Assembly (NCBI GenBank): GCA_964487785.1
Contig: CAZASU010000001.1
Span: 10,633-74,632 of the forward strand
DNA: 64,000 nucleotides
DNA from: an uncultured Gemmatimonadaceae bacterium
Lineage (GTDB): Bacteria; Gemmatimonadota; Gemmatimonadetes; Gemmatimonadales; GWC2-71-9
Direction: 5' to 3'
Shown here: positions 46,909 to 55,282 of the stretch, piece by piece
How the letters are laid out: every line of letters begins with the position of its first letter
Position numbering within the stretch: position 1 is the stretch's first letter
The notes under the pieces: generated by a model
The model's database searches: none
What the model was told of the DNA's origin: nothing
The model's input: only the letters and a program-made list of their open reading frames with translations
Made by a program: the position numbers and the translations under genes

Positions 46909-48057
46909 GTGCGCATTGGGGTCATGCTGCGGCACTACGACCAGCACGGAGGCGGCGTCCGGGTCTATACCCAGAGGCTGCTCCAAGCGCTGCTCGAGCT
47001 CCGTACCGGGCACCAGTTCGTCTTCCTCTATCGGAATCCGGCGTTGGTCGGCACGTACGCGTCCTGGCCGGAAGTCGAGGAAGTCGCCCTGCCGGCCCGG
47101 TCCGTTCTGAGCTGGGACCAGATTGCGGTGCCCTCCGCGGCTCGCCGGCTCGGCATCGACCTGCTGTTCAATCCAAAGTATTCGATACCGCTGCTGGCAC
47201 CCTGCCCGTCGGTCTGGGTCTGTCACGGATTGGACTGGTACGTCATGCCCTGGGGCTCCCGGCTGACGGACCGCATGAGCCACCGGTTCCTGGTGCCCCG
47301 CTACGCCGCCAAGGCCGGAGCCATCCTCGCCGTTTCGGAAGTCACCCGTGAGCACGTCATGCACTACCTGAAAGTCGAGCCGGACCGGGTGGTGACGGTC
47401 TACTCCGGCGTGGACGACGTGTTTCGCCGGCCACTATCAGAGTCTCGCCTGAACCAGATCCGGCAGAAATACTCGTTGCCGGAGCGCTTTCTTCTCTATG
47501 CCGGAGCCATCTACCCGCCAAAGAACTTCACCCGTCTCGTCCGGGCCTACGCCCAGGTCGGACCCGGGCGCGGGATCCCCCTGGTAGTTGCAGGAGGAGA
47601 AAACCGGTTTCTCTCCCAGGGCGAGCTCGGGGAGCCTGAGGCCCTCGGCATCAGGGAATGGGTACGCTGGCCCGGCTGGATTGAGCAGGAGGACCTGGCG
47701 GGGTTCTATGCGCTGGCGGAAGCCTTGCTGCTGCCGTCGATCTTCGAGTCCTGTGGCCTTCCGGTATTGGAGGCCATGGCCGCGGGATGTCCCGTTGTGA
47801 CCGCCGATCGCTATGGGACCAAGGAACTGGCTGAGGGCGCCGCAGTGCTGGTGGACCCGGAGTCCATCGAAAGTATCGCCACCGGTGTGCGCCAGGTGCT
47901 GGAAGACCAGTCCCTGCGCGCTGAGCTGGTGGCTGCCGGCCGCGAGCGCAGTCGTGCCTTCACCTGGCGCAGGTGCGCGACGGAAACGCTCGCCGTCCTC
48001 GAGCGGGTGGGTTCACGGCACCAGGAAAGGGCTGACAATGTGTGCCACCCCGGCTGA
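46909..48057 (+). CDS. Glycosyltransferase family 4 (GT-B, retaining type)
   Basis: 382 aa with the EX7E region LLPSIFESCGLPVLEAMAAGCPVVT. Confidence 0.8.
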   Translation: MRIGVMLRHYDQHGGGVRVYTQRLLQALLELRTGHQFVFLYRNPALVGTYASWPEVEEVALPARSVLSWDQIAVPSAARRLGIDLLFNPKYSIPLLAPCPSVWVCHGLDWYVMPWGSRLTDRMSHRFLVPRYAAKAGAILAVSEVTREHVMHYLKVEPDRVVTVYSGVDDVFRRPLSESRLNQIRQKYSLPERFLLYAGAIYPPKNFTRLVRAYAQVGPGRGIPLVVAGGENRFLSQGELGEPEALGIREWVRWPGWIEQEDLAGFYALAEALLLPSIFESCGLPVLEAMAAGCPVVTADRYGTKELAEGAAVLVDPESIESIATGVRQVLEDQSLRAELVAAGRERSRAFTWRRCATETLAVLERVGSRHQERADNVCHPG

Positions 48058-49180
48058 TCCCATCGAGGTTCTGGTCAATGCCCGGCACCTGGCTGGTCCC
48101 CACACGGGGATCGAGGTGTACATGGAGCAGCTCCTGGGGGCGCTGGCCCGGAACGGCCGGGTGCAGCTCACCGCACTTTCCTGGGAGCCCCTGGGCCTCC
48201 GGCTGCCGGGACTGCGAGAAGTGTTGCCGGCTCGCCGGCCCAACCTTCGTCCTGGCTCGCTGCCGGCAACACTCTGGAAGCTCTGGTTCGATCAATGGCG
48301 GTGTTTGAGCGCTGTTGCCCCCGACCACGGCATCCTCTTCCATGGTATGGACGGGTTCCTGCCGTACTCTCTCCGCTCGCGCGACCGTTGCGTCGCGACC
48401 GTGCACGACCTCGGTTGGCACGTGCATCCCGAGCTGTTTGACCGGCGCATGCGACTCATGTACAACGCCCTCTTCCCGTGGGTTCGGCGGCGGGCCGATC
48501 GGTTTATCGCAGTCTCACGCTACACCGCGGATGACCTCATGCGGTGTGCCGGCGTGCCGGCATCGAAGATCGAGGTCGTTTATCATGGGCTCGATCCCGT
48601 TTTCACCAACCCGGCCGAGAGCCCCCCGCCCGCCGCGTCCTCCTCTCCTTACCTGCTCGCGATGGGCGGGATCTCCCCTGCCCGCAAGAACACTCGCCGG
48701 CTGATCGACGCCTTTACCCGCTGGCGGTCGCGGGGCGGGCACCGTGCTTCGTACCGGTTGCTGTTTACCGGTATCAGGCTCGATCAGGAGTACCTCCGGA
48801 ACGGAGCGGCGGCCACACCCGAAGGTGTGTCGTTGCTGGGTTATGTGGAGAAGGCAGAGCTGCCCCGGCTCTACGCGGGCGCCGCCGCATTCCTTTATCC
48901 CGGGATCTACGAGGGGTTCGGGCTTCCGATCATCGAAGCTATGGCGTGTGGCGCGCCAGTGGTGACGTCACGGACGGGATCCGCGCCGGAAATCGCGGGA
49001 GGCGCCGCGATCCTGGTCGATCCTTTCGATGTCGAGAGCATCGTGGCGGGTATCGAGCAGGCCACGATACCGGAGGAGGCGGACCGGCTACGCGCCCTGG
49101 GATATCAACGGACGCCGCTGTTTGACTGGAGCTCCGCCGCGGCTGGGACTGTGGAGGTCTACCGACAGCTCGTACGGTGA
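48038..49180 (+). CDS. Glycosyltransferase family 4, second copy
   Basis: ATG at 48038 (MCATPADPIEVLVNARHL...). FLYPGIYEGFGLPIIEAMACGAPVVT is present. It overlaps the upstream gene by 20 nt. Confidence 0.8.
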   Translation: MCATPADPIEVLVNARHLAGPHTGIEVYMEQLLGALARNGRVQLTALSWEPLGLRLPGLREVLPARRPNLRPGSLPATLWKLWFDQWRCLSAVAPDHGILFHGMDGFLPYSLRSRDRCVATVHDLGWHVHPELFDRRMRLMYNALFPWVRRRADRFIAVSRYTADDLMRCAGVPASKIEVVYHGLDPVFTNPAESPPPAASSSPYLLAMGGISPARKNTRRLIDAFTRWRSRGGHRASYRLLFTGIRLDQEYLRNGAAATPEGVSLLGYVEKAELPRLYAGAAAFLYPGIYEGFGLPIIEAMACGAPVVTSRTGSAPEIAGGAAILVDPFDVESIVAGIEQATIPEEADRLRALGYQRTPLFDWSSAAAGTVEVYRQLVR

Positions 49181-49208
49181 AGAAGAGTCCAATGAGAGGA
49201 AGCAATTC

Positions 49209-50879
49209 GTGACCGAACGTCGCAAGCTGCGGATCGGACTGCTGCAAGACAGCGCCTACGCGAGCCCCTATGTGCGGGATCTCATCACCTGGGCCAGTCA
49301 CCAGGATGATCTTGAAATCAGTCACCTCATCATCTACGCGCTGCCCGAAGAACCGAGGCTCAGCGAGTGGCGGCGAAAGTTTCTGCAGCACAAGCTCGGG
49401 GCCCTCAGAATAAGCGCTTTGCGGTGCATACAGCTGGTGGAACAGGCAGTTCTCCGGGTCTATTACGGAGGCAAGTACCGCGATCACACGCGCAAGTTTC
49501 CGGTCGATCATCTGGTTCCCCACACCCTGCACATCCGCCCGACCATCTCGAAATCCGGCTTTGTATACCGGTTCTCGGCGGATGAGGTCGCCACGGTGCG
49601 GGCTGCCGATTGCGATGTCCTCATCCGTGGTGGAAGTGCTATTCTCAAGGGCGAGATCTTGCAGGCGAGCACGTTTGGCGTCTTGTCGTTCCATCACGGG
49701 GACAACAGAGTCAATCGCGGAGGACCGGCAGGGTTCTGGGAAAGCTACCTCAAATGGCCGGCCACCGGCTTCATCATTCAGCGGCTTACCTCGGAGCTCG
49801 ATGGTGGGGACGTCCTCGTTCGGGGATCCTACACGACCAAGTGGTTCTTCCTGTTCAACCAAGCCGCCTTGCTCAACAACTCCAATTTCCTTCTCCAGGA
49901 CCTGCTGAAGAAGCTCGCGCGCGAGGGGGCGCTCCCCCCGGCCGAGGAGCCCTCACCGTACTCCGCCAAACTCTTTCGGACGCCCTCGATCCGGCACTGT
50001 CTCGGCTACATGGCCCGAGTCGTGGGTCGGTCCATCCGGAAAGTCGCCATTGCAGTATTTCCCTACCGGGAGCGCTGGTCCGTGTCCTACAGCTTTACCG
50101 GCTGGAGGGACGCGGTCCTGTGGCGAGCGATCACTCCAAAGCCACCCGCAGGACGGTTCCTGGCGGATCCTTTCGTGTGGCAGCACGAGGGAAAGACCTT
50201 TTGTCTGGTGGAAGACTATTCATTTCGCGAGAAAAAGGGCCGGATATCCGCATTCCAAATCGACAAACACGGCATCACCCAGCCTGAAGCGGTGCTCGTG
50301 GAACCGTTCCATCTGTCCTTCCCTTTCCTCTTCGAGTTCGATGGCACAATCTATATGTGCCCTGAATGCTGCGCGTCTCGCCAGATCCGGCTGTACCGGT
50401 CGATTGCGTTCCCCCACAAATGGGAATTCGTCAAGGCGATCATGACTGATGTGTCCGCCTCCGACACTATGCTCTTCGAAAAGGGAGGGCGCTGGTGGAT
50501 GCTGACCAATCTCGAGCGCACCGGGCGGGGCGACTATCGCTCCGAGCTCTACCTATTCTCGGCCGCGTCTCCGCTGAGCGAGTCGTGGGTGCCTCATCCG
50601 GCGAATCCGATCAAGATCGACCCGGCGGGAGCCAGGAACGCCGGCCTGTTGCGGGACGGCGACAAACTCTACCGGGCCGGGCAGGTCCAGGGCTTCGACC
50701 AGTACGGCGTGGGCATTCGTCTGTTCGAGATTTGTTCGCTCTCGCTCGACGGCTACCGGGAGCGGTTGATCGCCGAGATCCGTCCTGAATTCCGGGAGGG
50801 ACTGCTGGGAACCCACCATATTTCCAGTACCGGTGCGGTGACCGTCGTGGACAGCTACCGGCACGAGTTCATGTGGTAA
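49209..50879 (+). CDS. Formyltransferase-like N-terminal domain fused to a C-terminal domain of unknown function (GH43/GINT1-like propeller suspected)
   Basis: GTG at 49209 follows gagagga. N-terminal half: DVLIRGGSAILKGEIL...SFHHGDNRVNRGGPAGFWE. C-terminal half: FLADPFVWQHEGKTFCLVEDYSF...FPFLFEFDGTIYMCPE...RWWML. Confidence 0.6.
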   Translation: MTERRKLRIGLLQDSAYASPYVRDLITWASHQDDLEISHLIIYALPEEPRLSEWRRKFLQHKLGALRISALRCIQLVEQAVLRVYYGGKYRDHTRKFPVDHLVPHTLHIRPTISKSGFVYRFSADEVATVRAADCDVLIRGGSAILKGEILQASTFGVLSFHHGDNRVNRGGPAGFWESYLKWPATGFIIQRLTSELDGGDVLVRGSYTTKWFFLFNQAALLNNSNFLLQDLLKKLAREGALPPAEEPSPYSAKLFRTPSIRHCLGYMARVVGRSIRKVAIAVFPYRERWSVSYSFTGWRDAVLWRAITPKPPAGRFLADPFVWQHEGKTFCLVEDYSFREKKGRISAFQIDKHGITQPEAVLVEPFHLSFPFLFEFDGTIYMCPECCASRQIRLYRSIAFPHKWEFVKAIMTDVSASDTMLFEKGGRWWMLTNLERTGRGDYRSELYLFSAASPLSESWVPHPANPIKIDPAGARNAGLLRDGDKLYRAGQVQGFDQYGVGIRLFEICSLSLDGYRERLIAEIRPEFREGLLGTHHISSTGAVTVVDSYRHEFMW

Positions 50880-51095
50880 AGGGGCGCAAAGGCTGATGCC
50901 ACGATGGAGACCTATCATGAAGAGGTCAATGGCTCGGCCTCCCTAACTCGCCAGCAGTCACTCAACGTGACCAAGGGGTAGCACCCCCGCGCCGATCCCA
51001 GTAACTTCCTGCCCCCATATCTCCTCCCCGGCGTCCACACCAGGCCCGGGGCTACCAAGCCGGCAATTTTACCGGCAAGACCGAAGGAAGGTGTC

Positions 51096-51437
51096 ATGAC
51101 CCGTCAGTACGAGGTGGTCTATATCTTCGACAGTGCGCTCGAAGAGGCCGCCATCAACGAGCGCCTCACGCGCTTCAACGCCCTGATACAGAAGGAAGGC
51201 ATCGAGCCTCCCCAGGTGAACCACTGGGGGAAGCGGACGCTTGCGTACCCCGTCAAGAAGCACGAGACCGGCTATTACGTGGTCTCCAAGTTCGATGCGG
51301 ATGCCACTGCCCTGCCCGAGTTCGAGCGGGCAATCAAGCTTGAAGAAGGAGTGCTCCGGTTCCTCGTGGTCGTCAGCGAGGGCGCCCAGCCGGTGCCCGT
51401 GACCGCGGGCAAGAGTGACGAGGAGGACGACGAATGA
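51096..51437 (+). CDS. rpsF: 30S ribosomal protein S6
   Basis: [15 protein letters not shown]...[22 protein letters not shown] with an acidic C-terminal tail. Confidence 0.93.
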   Translation: MTRQYEVVYIFDSALEEAAINERLTRFNALIQKEGIEPPQVNHWGKRTLAYPVKKHETGYYVVSKFDADATALPEFERAIKLEEGVLRFLVVVSEGAQPVPVTAGKSDEEDDE

Positions 51438-51655
51438 GGCGGCCGCAGAAGACCTGCGCCATCTGCGAGTCCGGGGTGCGGGTGGTGGATTTCAAGGACG
51501 AGCGAACCCTGTCACGCTTTCTGACCGAGCGGGGCAAGATTCTGCCCAGCAGGCTCTCGGGCACCTGCGCCCGGCATCAACGCCAACTCAGCACCGCTAT
51601 CAAGCGGGCGCGCATGCTGGCGCTGCTGCCCTACATCAAGGGGTTCGGCGGCTGA
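51434..51655 (+). CDS. rpsR: 30S ribosomal protein S18
   Basis: [50 protein letters not shown]. It overlaps rpsF by 4 nt. Confidence 0.93.
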   Translation: MRRPQKTCAICESGVRVVDFKDERTLSRFLTERGKILPSRLSGTCARHQRQLSTAIKRARMLALLPYIKGFGG

Positions 51656-51660
51656 GCGCA

Positions 51661-51692
51661 GCGGGGCAGCGGGACAGCGGGGCAGCGGGACA
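51661..51692. repeat. Tandem 16-mer gcggggcagcgggaca x2
   Basis: Direct reading immediately after the rpsR stop. Confidence 0.6.
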
Positions 51693-51726
51693 GCCGATTG
51701 CCGCTGCACGGGCAGGCTGGGGCGCA

Positions 51727-52620
51727 GTGCTGGCCCTGGCCGGCTACCTGCTCCTGGCTCCGCCCGTCCTCCTGCTCGGTCCGCTGGCAGGGTTACTGCT
51801 TCTCAGCCGTCCCAGCACCTTGCGCGAGTGGCTCTGGCTTGCCGGAGCCGGCACCTGGTCGGCCGTGTGGTTGAACCAGCCCGGGGGCTTGGCGGCGCAG
51901 TTTGCTCGAGCCGGTGCGGTGCTGTTGGCCGGCATGTTCGTGGCCCTGACCGTATGGCGGCCTTCGGCCCGGTTCTCCCGGGCGCTGACCGCGACCGCTC
52001 TGGCCGGGGCGGCGCTGTTCATCTGGATGTGGCACCTGGGTCTGGAATGGGGGGAGATCCAGCGTGCGGTGGAACACAACCTCTGGACGTACAACCGGGA
52101 GCTCATCTCGCGGGTCAGTGAGGCCGCCCGATCCCGGCCCGGAACCGAGGGGATGCTCGACGAGATGTCTTCGGCGGTGCGCACCATCGGATCGATCTAT
52201 CCTGCCCTTCTGATTCTGGGTAGCATCGGTGGGCTCCGCCTCGCCTGGACCTGGCACCACCGGATAGCCCGGCGCCCGATCGGTCCACCGCCGGCCCGCT
52301 TCACGGCCTTCCAGTTCAGCGATCAGCTGGTCTGGGGCTGGGTCGTGGGATTGGGCCTCTGCTTGCTACCCCTTCCCAGCCCCTGGGCATTCGCCGGCGG
52401 AAATCTGTTGTTGGTCTGGGCAGTTCTGTATGCCGTGCGGGGGCTCGCCGTGTTCTCCGCCGGCTCGGGCCGGGTGCCCGGCCCGGTGCTGGCGACACTC
52501 ACCATCATCGCCATGTTTCTGTTGCCGTTCGTAGCGGCAGGGCTGACGCTGCTCGGCCTGGCCGACACCTGGCTAGATTTCCGACGTCGCCTCGTGCCGA
52601 CGTCGGCCACTCGAGGGTAA
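51727..52620 (+). CDS. Polytopic membrane protein (DUF2232-like by position between rpsR and rplI)
   Basis: Multiple hydrophobic helices. The GTG start at 51727 is a guess, because the listed ORF start (51415) lies inside rpsF/rpsR. The family call rests mainly on conserved synteny. Confidence 0.5.
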   Translation: MLALAGYLLLAPPVLLLGPLAGLLLLSRPSTLREWLWLAGAGTWSAVWLNQPGGLAAQFARAGAVLLAGMFVALTVWRPSARFSRALTATALAGAALFIWMWHLGLEWGEIQRAVEHNLWTYNRELISRVSEAARSRPGTEGMLDEMSSAVRTIGSIYPALLILGSIGGLRLAWTWHHRIARRPIGPPPARFTAFQFSDQLVWGWVVGLGLCLLPLPSPWAFAGGNLLLVWAVLYAVRGLAVFSAGSGRVPGPVLATLTIIAMFLLPFVAAGLTLLGLADTWLDFRRRLVPTSATRG

Positions 52621-52624
52621 GTCC

Positions 52625-53071
52625 ATGATTGAAGTGATTCTGCGTGAGGACGTAAAAACGCTCGGCCGAGCCGGGGCAATGGTCCGGGTGAAGCCAGGCT
52701 ATGCCCGGAACTATCTGCTTCCCCAGGGACTGGCCTACGAAGCCACCGAGGGCAACAAGAAGCGGATCGCCGCCGAGTCCAAGGCCCGCGCTTCCCGCGA
52801 TCAGGCCGAGAAGACCGAGGCCCAACAGGTCGCCGCCACGCTGAACGCCGTTACGTTGAACCTCTCGGGCAAGGCCGGCGAGGAAGGCAAGCTGTTCGGG
52901 TCCATTACGTCCCAGGACATCGCCGACGCCCTGGCGCGTGCAGGCCACACGGTGGACAAGCGCCGGATCGAGCTCGAGCACCCGATCAAGACCATCGGCG
53001 AGCACGCGGTCACGATCCGGCTGCATTCCGAGGTCCATGCCCAGCTGCGCGTCACCGTCGTCGCGGAGTGA
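52625..53071 (+). CDS. rplI: 50S ribosomal protein L9
   Basis: MIEVILREDVKTLGRAGAMVRVKPGYARNYLLPQGLA. Confidence 0.93.
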   Translation: MIEVILREDVKTLGRAGAMVRVKPGYARNYLLPQGLAYEATEGNKKRIAAESKARASRDQAEKTEAQQVAATLNAVTLNLSGKAGEEGKLFGSITSQDIADALARAGHTVDKRRIELEHPIKTIGEHAVTIRLHSEVHAQLRVTVVAE

Positions 53072-53081
53072 CCCGCCGGGC

Positions 53082-54890
53082 ATGACGGTCGGCATTGCGT
53101 ACGTCGACGGTCCCCGCTTGGCGCGCTCCGTCTTCGCCGCCGCGGACTGGGTGGCGGCCGGGCGCGAGGAGATCAACCGCATCAACGTGTTTCCCGTTCC
53201 CGACGGGGACACCGGCACGAACTTCAGCCTCACCCTCCGCGCCGTCGCCGACGCTCTCAGAGCGCTCGGCGACGCTCCGCTTTCGGAGACCGCACGCACC
53301 ATGGCCCGGGCCGCGGTGCTCGGCGCCCGGGGCAACTCCGGCATGATACTGGCGCATTTCCTCCTCGGCTTTACCGAGGCGTTGGGTGACCGCACCACCG
53401 CCACGGCACCGGAAATCGCCCGGGCCATCAGGCAAGGAGCCGACCGGCTCTACGAGGCGCTGGACGACCCTCGTGAAGGCACCATCCTGACTGTCGCGCG
53501 TGAAGCCGCCATCGCCGCCGAGCCGGTCGCCCGTGAGTCGCGCGACATCTGCGCATTCATGAAGCGGTTGCTGGAGGAGGGCGAGGCGGCCCTGGCTCGC
53601 ACACCCGAGCTGCTGGCCGTGCTCAAGGAAGCCGGGGTGGTGGACGCAGGGGGGAAGGGCTTTGTGCGGATGCTGGAGGGCGTAGTCCGCTACATCCACG
53701 GCGATCCGGTTCTGGCGGGCGCCGCGTCGGATGAGCCGGTTGGGCCGCCCCTGTTTGCGGCCGCGGGGATGGATGTGGCCGCTGAGCGCGACTTCCAGTA
53801 CTGCACCGAGGTTTTGGTGCGAGGTGAGGGCCTCCCGCCGGCCAACGAAGTGCGGGCGGCCATGCACGGGTTCGGCGGATCCACGGTGGTGGCCCTTATA
53901 GGAGACATTCTGAAGATCCATGTGCACACCGACACCCCCGATGCCGTCTTTAGTTATGCGTCACGTTGGGGCCGGATAGACAGCACCAAGGCCGAGGACA
54001 TGCGGGTCCAGCACCGGCGGCTGGCCCATACCAGCCGCCGGGCGGTGACCATCGTAACCGACAGTTCCGCCGACCTGCCGGACTCGGTGCTCGACCAGCA
54101 CGGAATCGTGCTGGTGCCGTTGCAGGTGATCTTCGGCAACTCCACCTTTCGGGACCGGGTGGAGCTCAAGCCCGAGGAGTTCTACCGGCGGCTACGCGGG
54201 ACGGTGGAGCTCCCCACGACGTCGCAGCCCACCCCGGCGGCATTCATCACAGCCTTCCGGGACGCTCGGCAGGAAGCGGATGAAGTGGTGGCGGTGCTAC
54301 TCGGGTCCAACCTGTCGGGCACGTTCGCCTCGGCCCAGGCAGCCATCCGGGCCGGCGGAGTGCAGGGCGTCCACCTGGTGGACACCCGCCTCGCGTCACT
54401 CGGCGTGGGCATGCTGGCGCTCCGCGGGGCCGAACTGGCGGAAATGGGGTGGTCGGGAGCGCAAATCGCGGCGGAGTTGATCCGGCTTCGGTCCCAGTCC
54501 GGTATGCTCCTGACGGTAGATCGGTACGACAACCTGCTTCGGTCGGGGCGGATCTCCCGCGGAAAGGCGTGGCTCGCGGGAATGCTGGACGTGAAGCCGA
54601 TCCTCTCGTTCGATAGCGACGGTCACGTGGTGCCGGTCGAGCGGGTGAGAGGGCGTGAGAACCTTGAGGCACGGGCGCTGGCTCTACTCGATCGGCGCCT
54701 GACACCCCGTCCTCGAAAGCTGCGCCTCGGCGTGGCGCATGCCGATGCGCCTGAAGCGGCGGAGCGGATACGCGCCGCGCTGGTAGGGAAATACCAGCCC
54801 CAGGATTGCTTCGTGACGCTGGCAACCGGGGTGCTGGGCACCCACGTGGGGCCAGGAGCCTGGGGCATCTTTTATCAGGTCGACGGATGA
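53082..54890 (+). CDS. DAK2 (DhaL/FakA-like) domain fused to a DegV (FakB-like) fatty-acid-binding domain
   Basis: N-terminus: INRINVFPVPDGDTGTNF, ARGNSGMIL and DAGGKGF. C-terminus: VTIVTDSSADLP, TSQPTPAAF, GSNLSGTF and LGVGMLAL. Confidence 0.78.
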   Translation: MTVGIAYVDGPRLARSVFAAADWVAAGREEINRINVFPVPDGDTGTNFSLTLRAVADALRALGDAPLSETARTMARAAVLGARGNSGMILAHFLLGFTEALGDRTTATAPEIARAIRQGADRLYEALDDPREGTILTVAREAAIAAEPVARESRDICAFMKRLLEEGEAALARTPELLAVLKEAGVVDAGGKGFVRMLEGVVRYIHGDPVLAGAASDEPVGPPLFAAAGMDVAAERDFQYCTEVLVRGEGLPPANEVRAAMHGFGGSTVVALIGDILKIHVHTDTPDAVFSYASRWGRIDSTKAEDMRVQHRRLAHTSRRAVTIVTDSSADLPDSVLDQHGIVLVPLQVIFGNSTFRDRVELKPEEFYRRLRGTVELPTTSQPTPAAFITAFRDARQEADEVVAVLLGSNLSGTFASAQAAIRAGGVQGVHLVDTRLASLGVGMLALRGAELAEMGWSGAQIAAELIRLRSQSGMLLTVDRYDNLLRSGRISRGKAWLAGMLDVKPILSFDSDGHVVPVERVRGRENLEARALALLDRRLTPRPRKLRLGVAHADAPEAAERIRAALVGKYQPQDCFVTLATGVLGTHVGPGAWGIFYQVDG

Positions 54891-55270
54891 TTCGAGACCC
54901 ACGCCTAGACCGGCAGGCGCAGTCGCAGCCCCCTGAGGCGCTTCGCCTTGCCTTGGGGGCCATACAGGATCTGAAGGGCAGCCAGCTGGTGGTCCTCGAT
55001 CTTCGGGGGCTGAACGACGCTACCGATTACTTCGTGATTGCCTCCGGTACCTCGGATGCCCACGTCCGCGGCATTGCGCAGTCGGTGATGGACAAGCTGG
55101 ACCGCCAGGGCCATCACACCCATCATGTGGAAGGATTGAACAGTGGTCGCTGGGTCCTGCTCGACTTCGTCGACTTCGTGATCCACCTGTTTCACCCGGA
55201 GACCCGCTCGTTCTATCAGCTCGAGCGCCTCTGGTATGACGCACCCGAGCTGCTGATCAGCTCCTCCTAG
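54887..55270 (+). CDS. rsfS: Ribosome silencing factor RsfS
   Basis: The ATG at 54887 overlaps the upstream stop. TDYFVIASGTSDAHVRGIA, WVLLDFVDFVIHLFHPETRSFYQLERLW. Confidence 0.88.
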   Translation: MIRDPRLDRQAQSQPPEALRLALGAIQDLKGSQLVVLDLRGLNDATDYFVIASGTSDAHVRGIAQSVMDKLDRQGHHTHHVEGLNSGRWVLLDFVDFVIHLFHPETRSFYQLERLWYDAPELLISSS

Positions 55271-55282
55271 ATCGAGGTAGTT

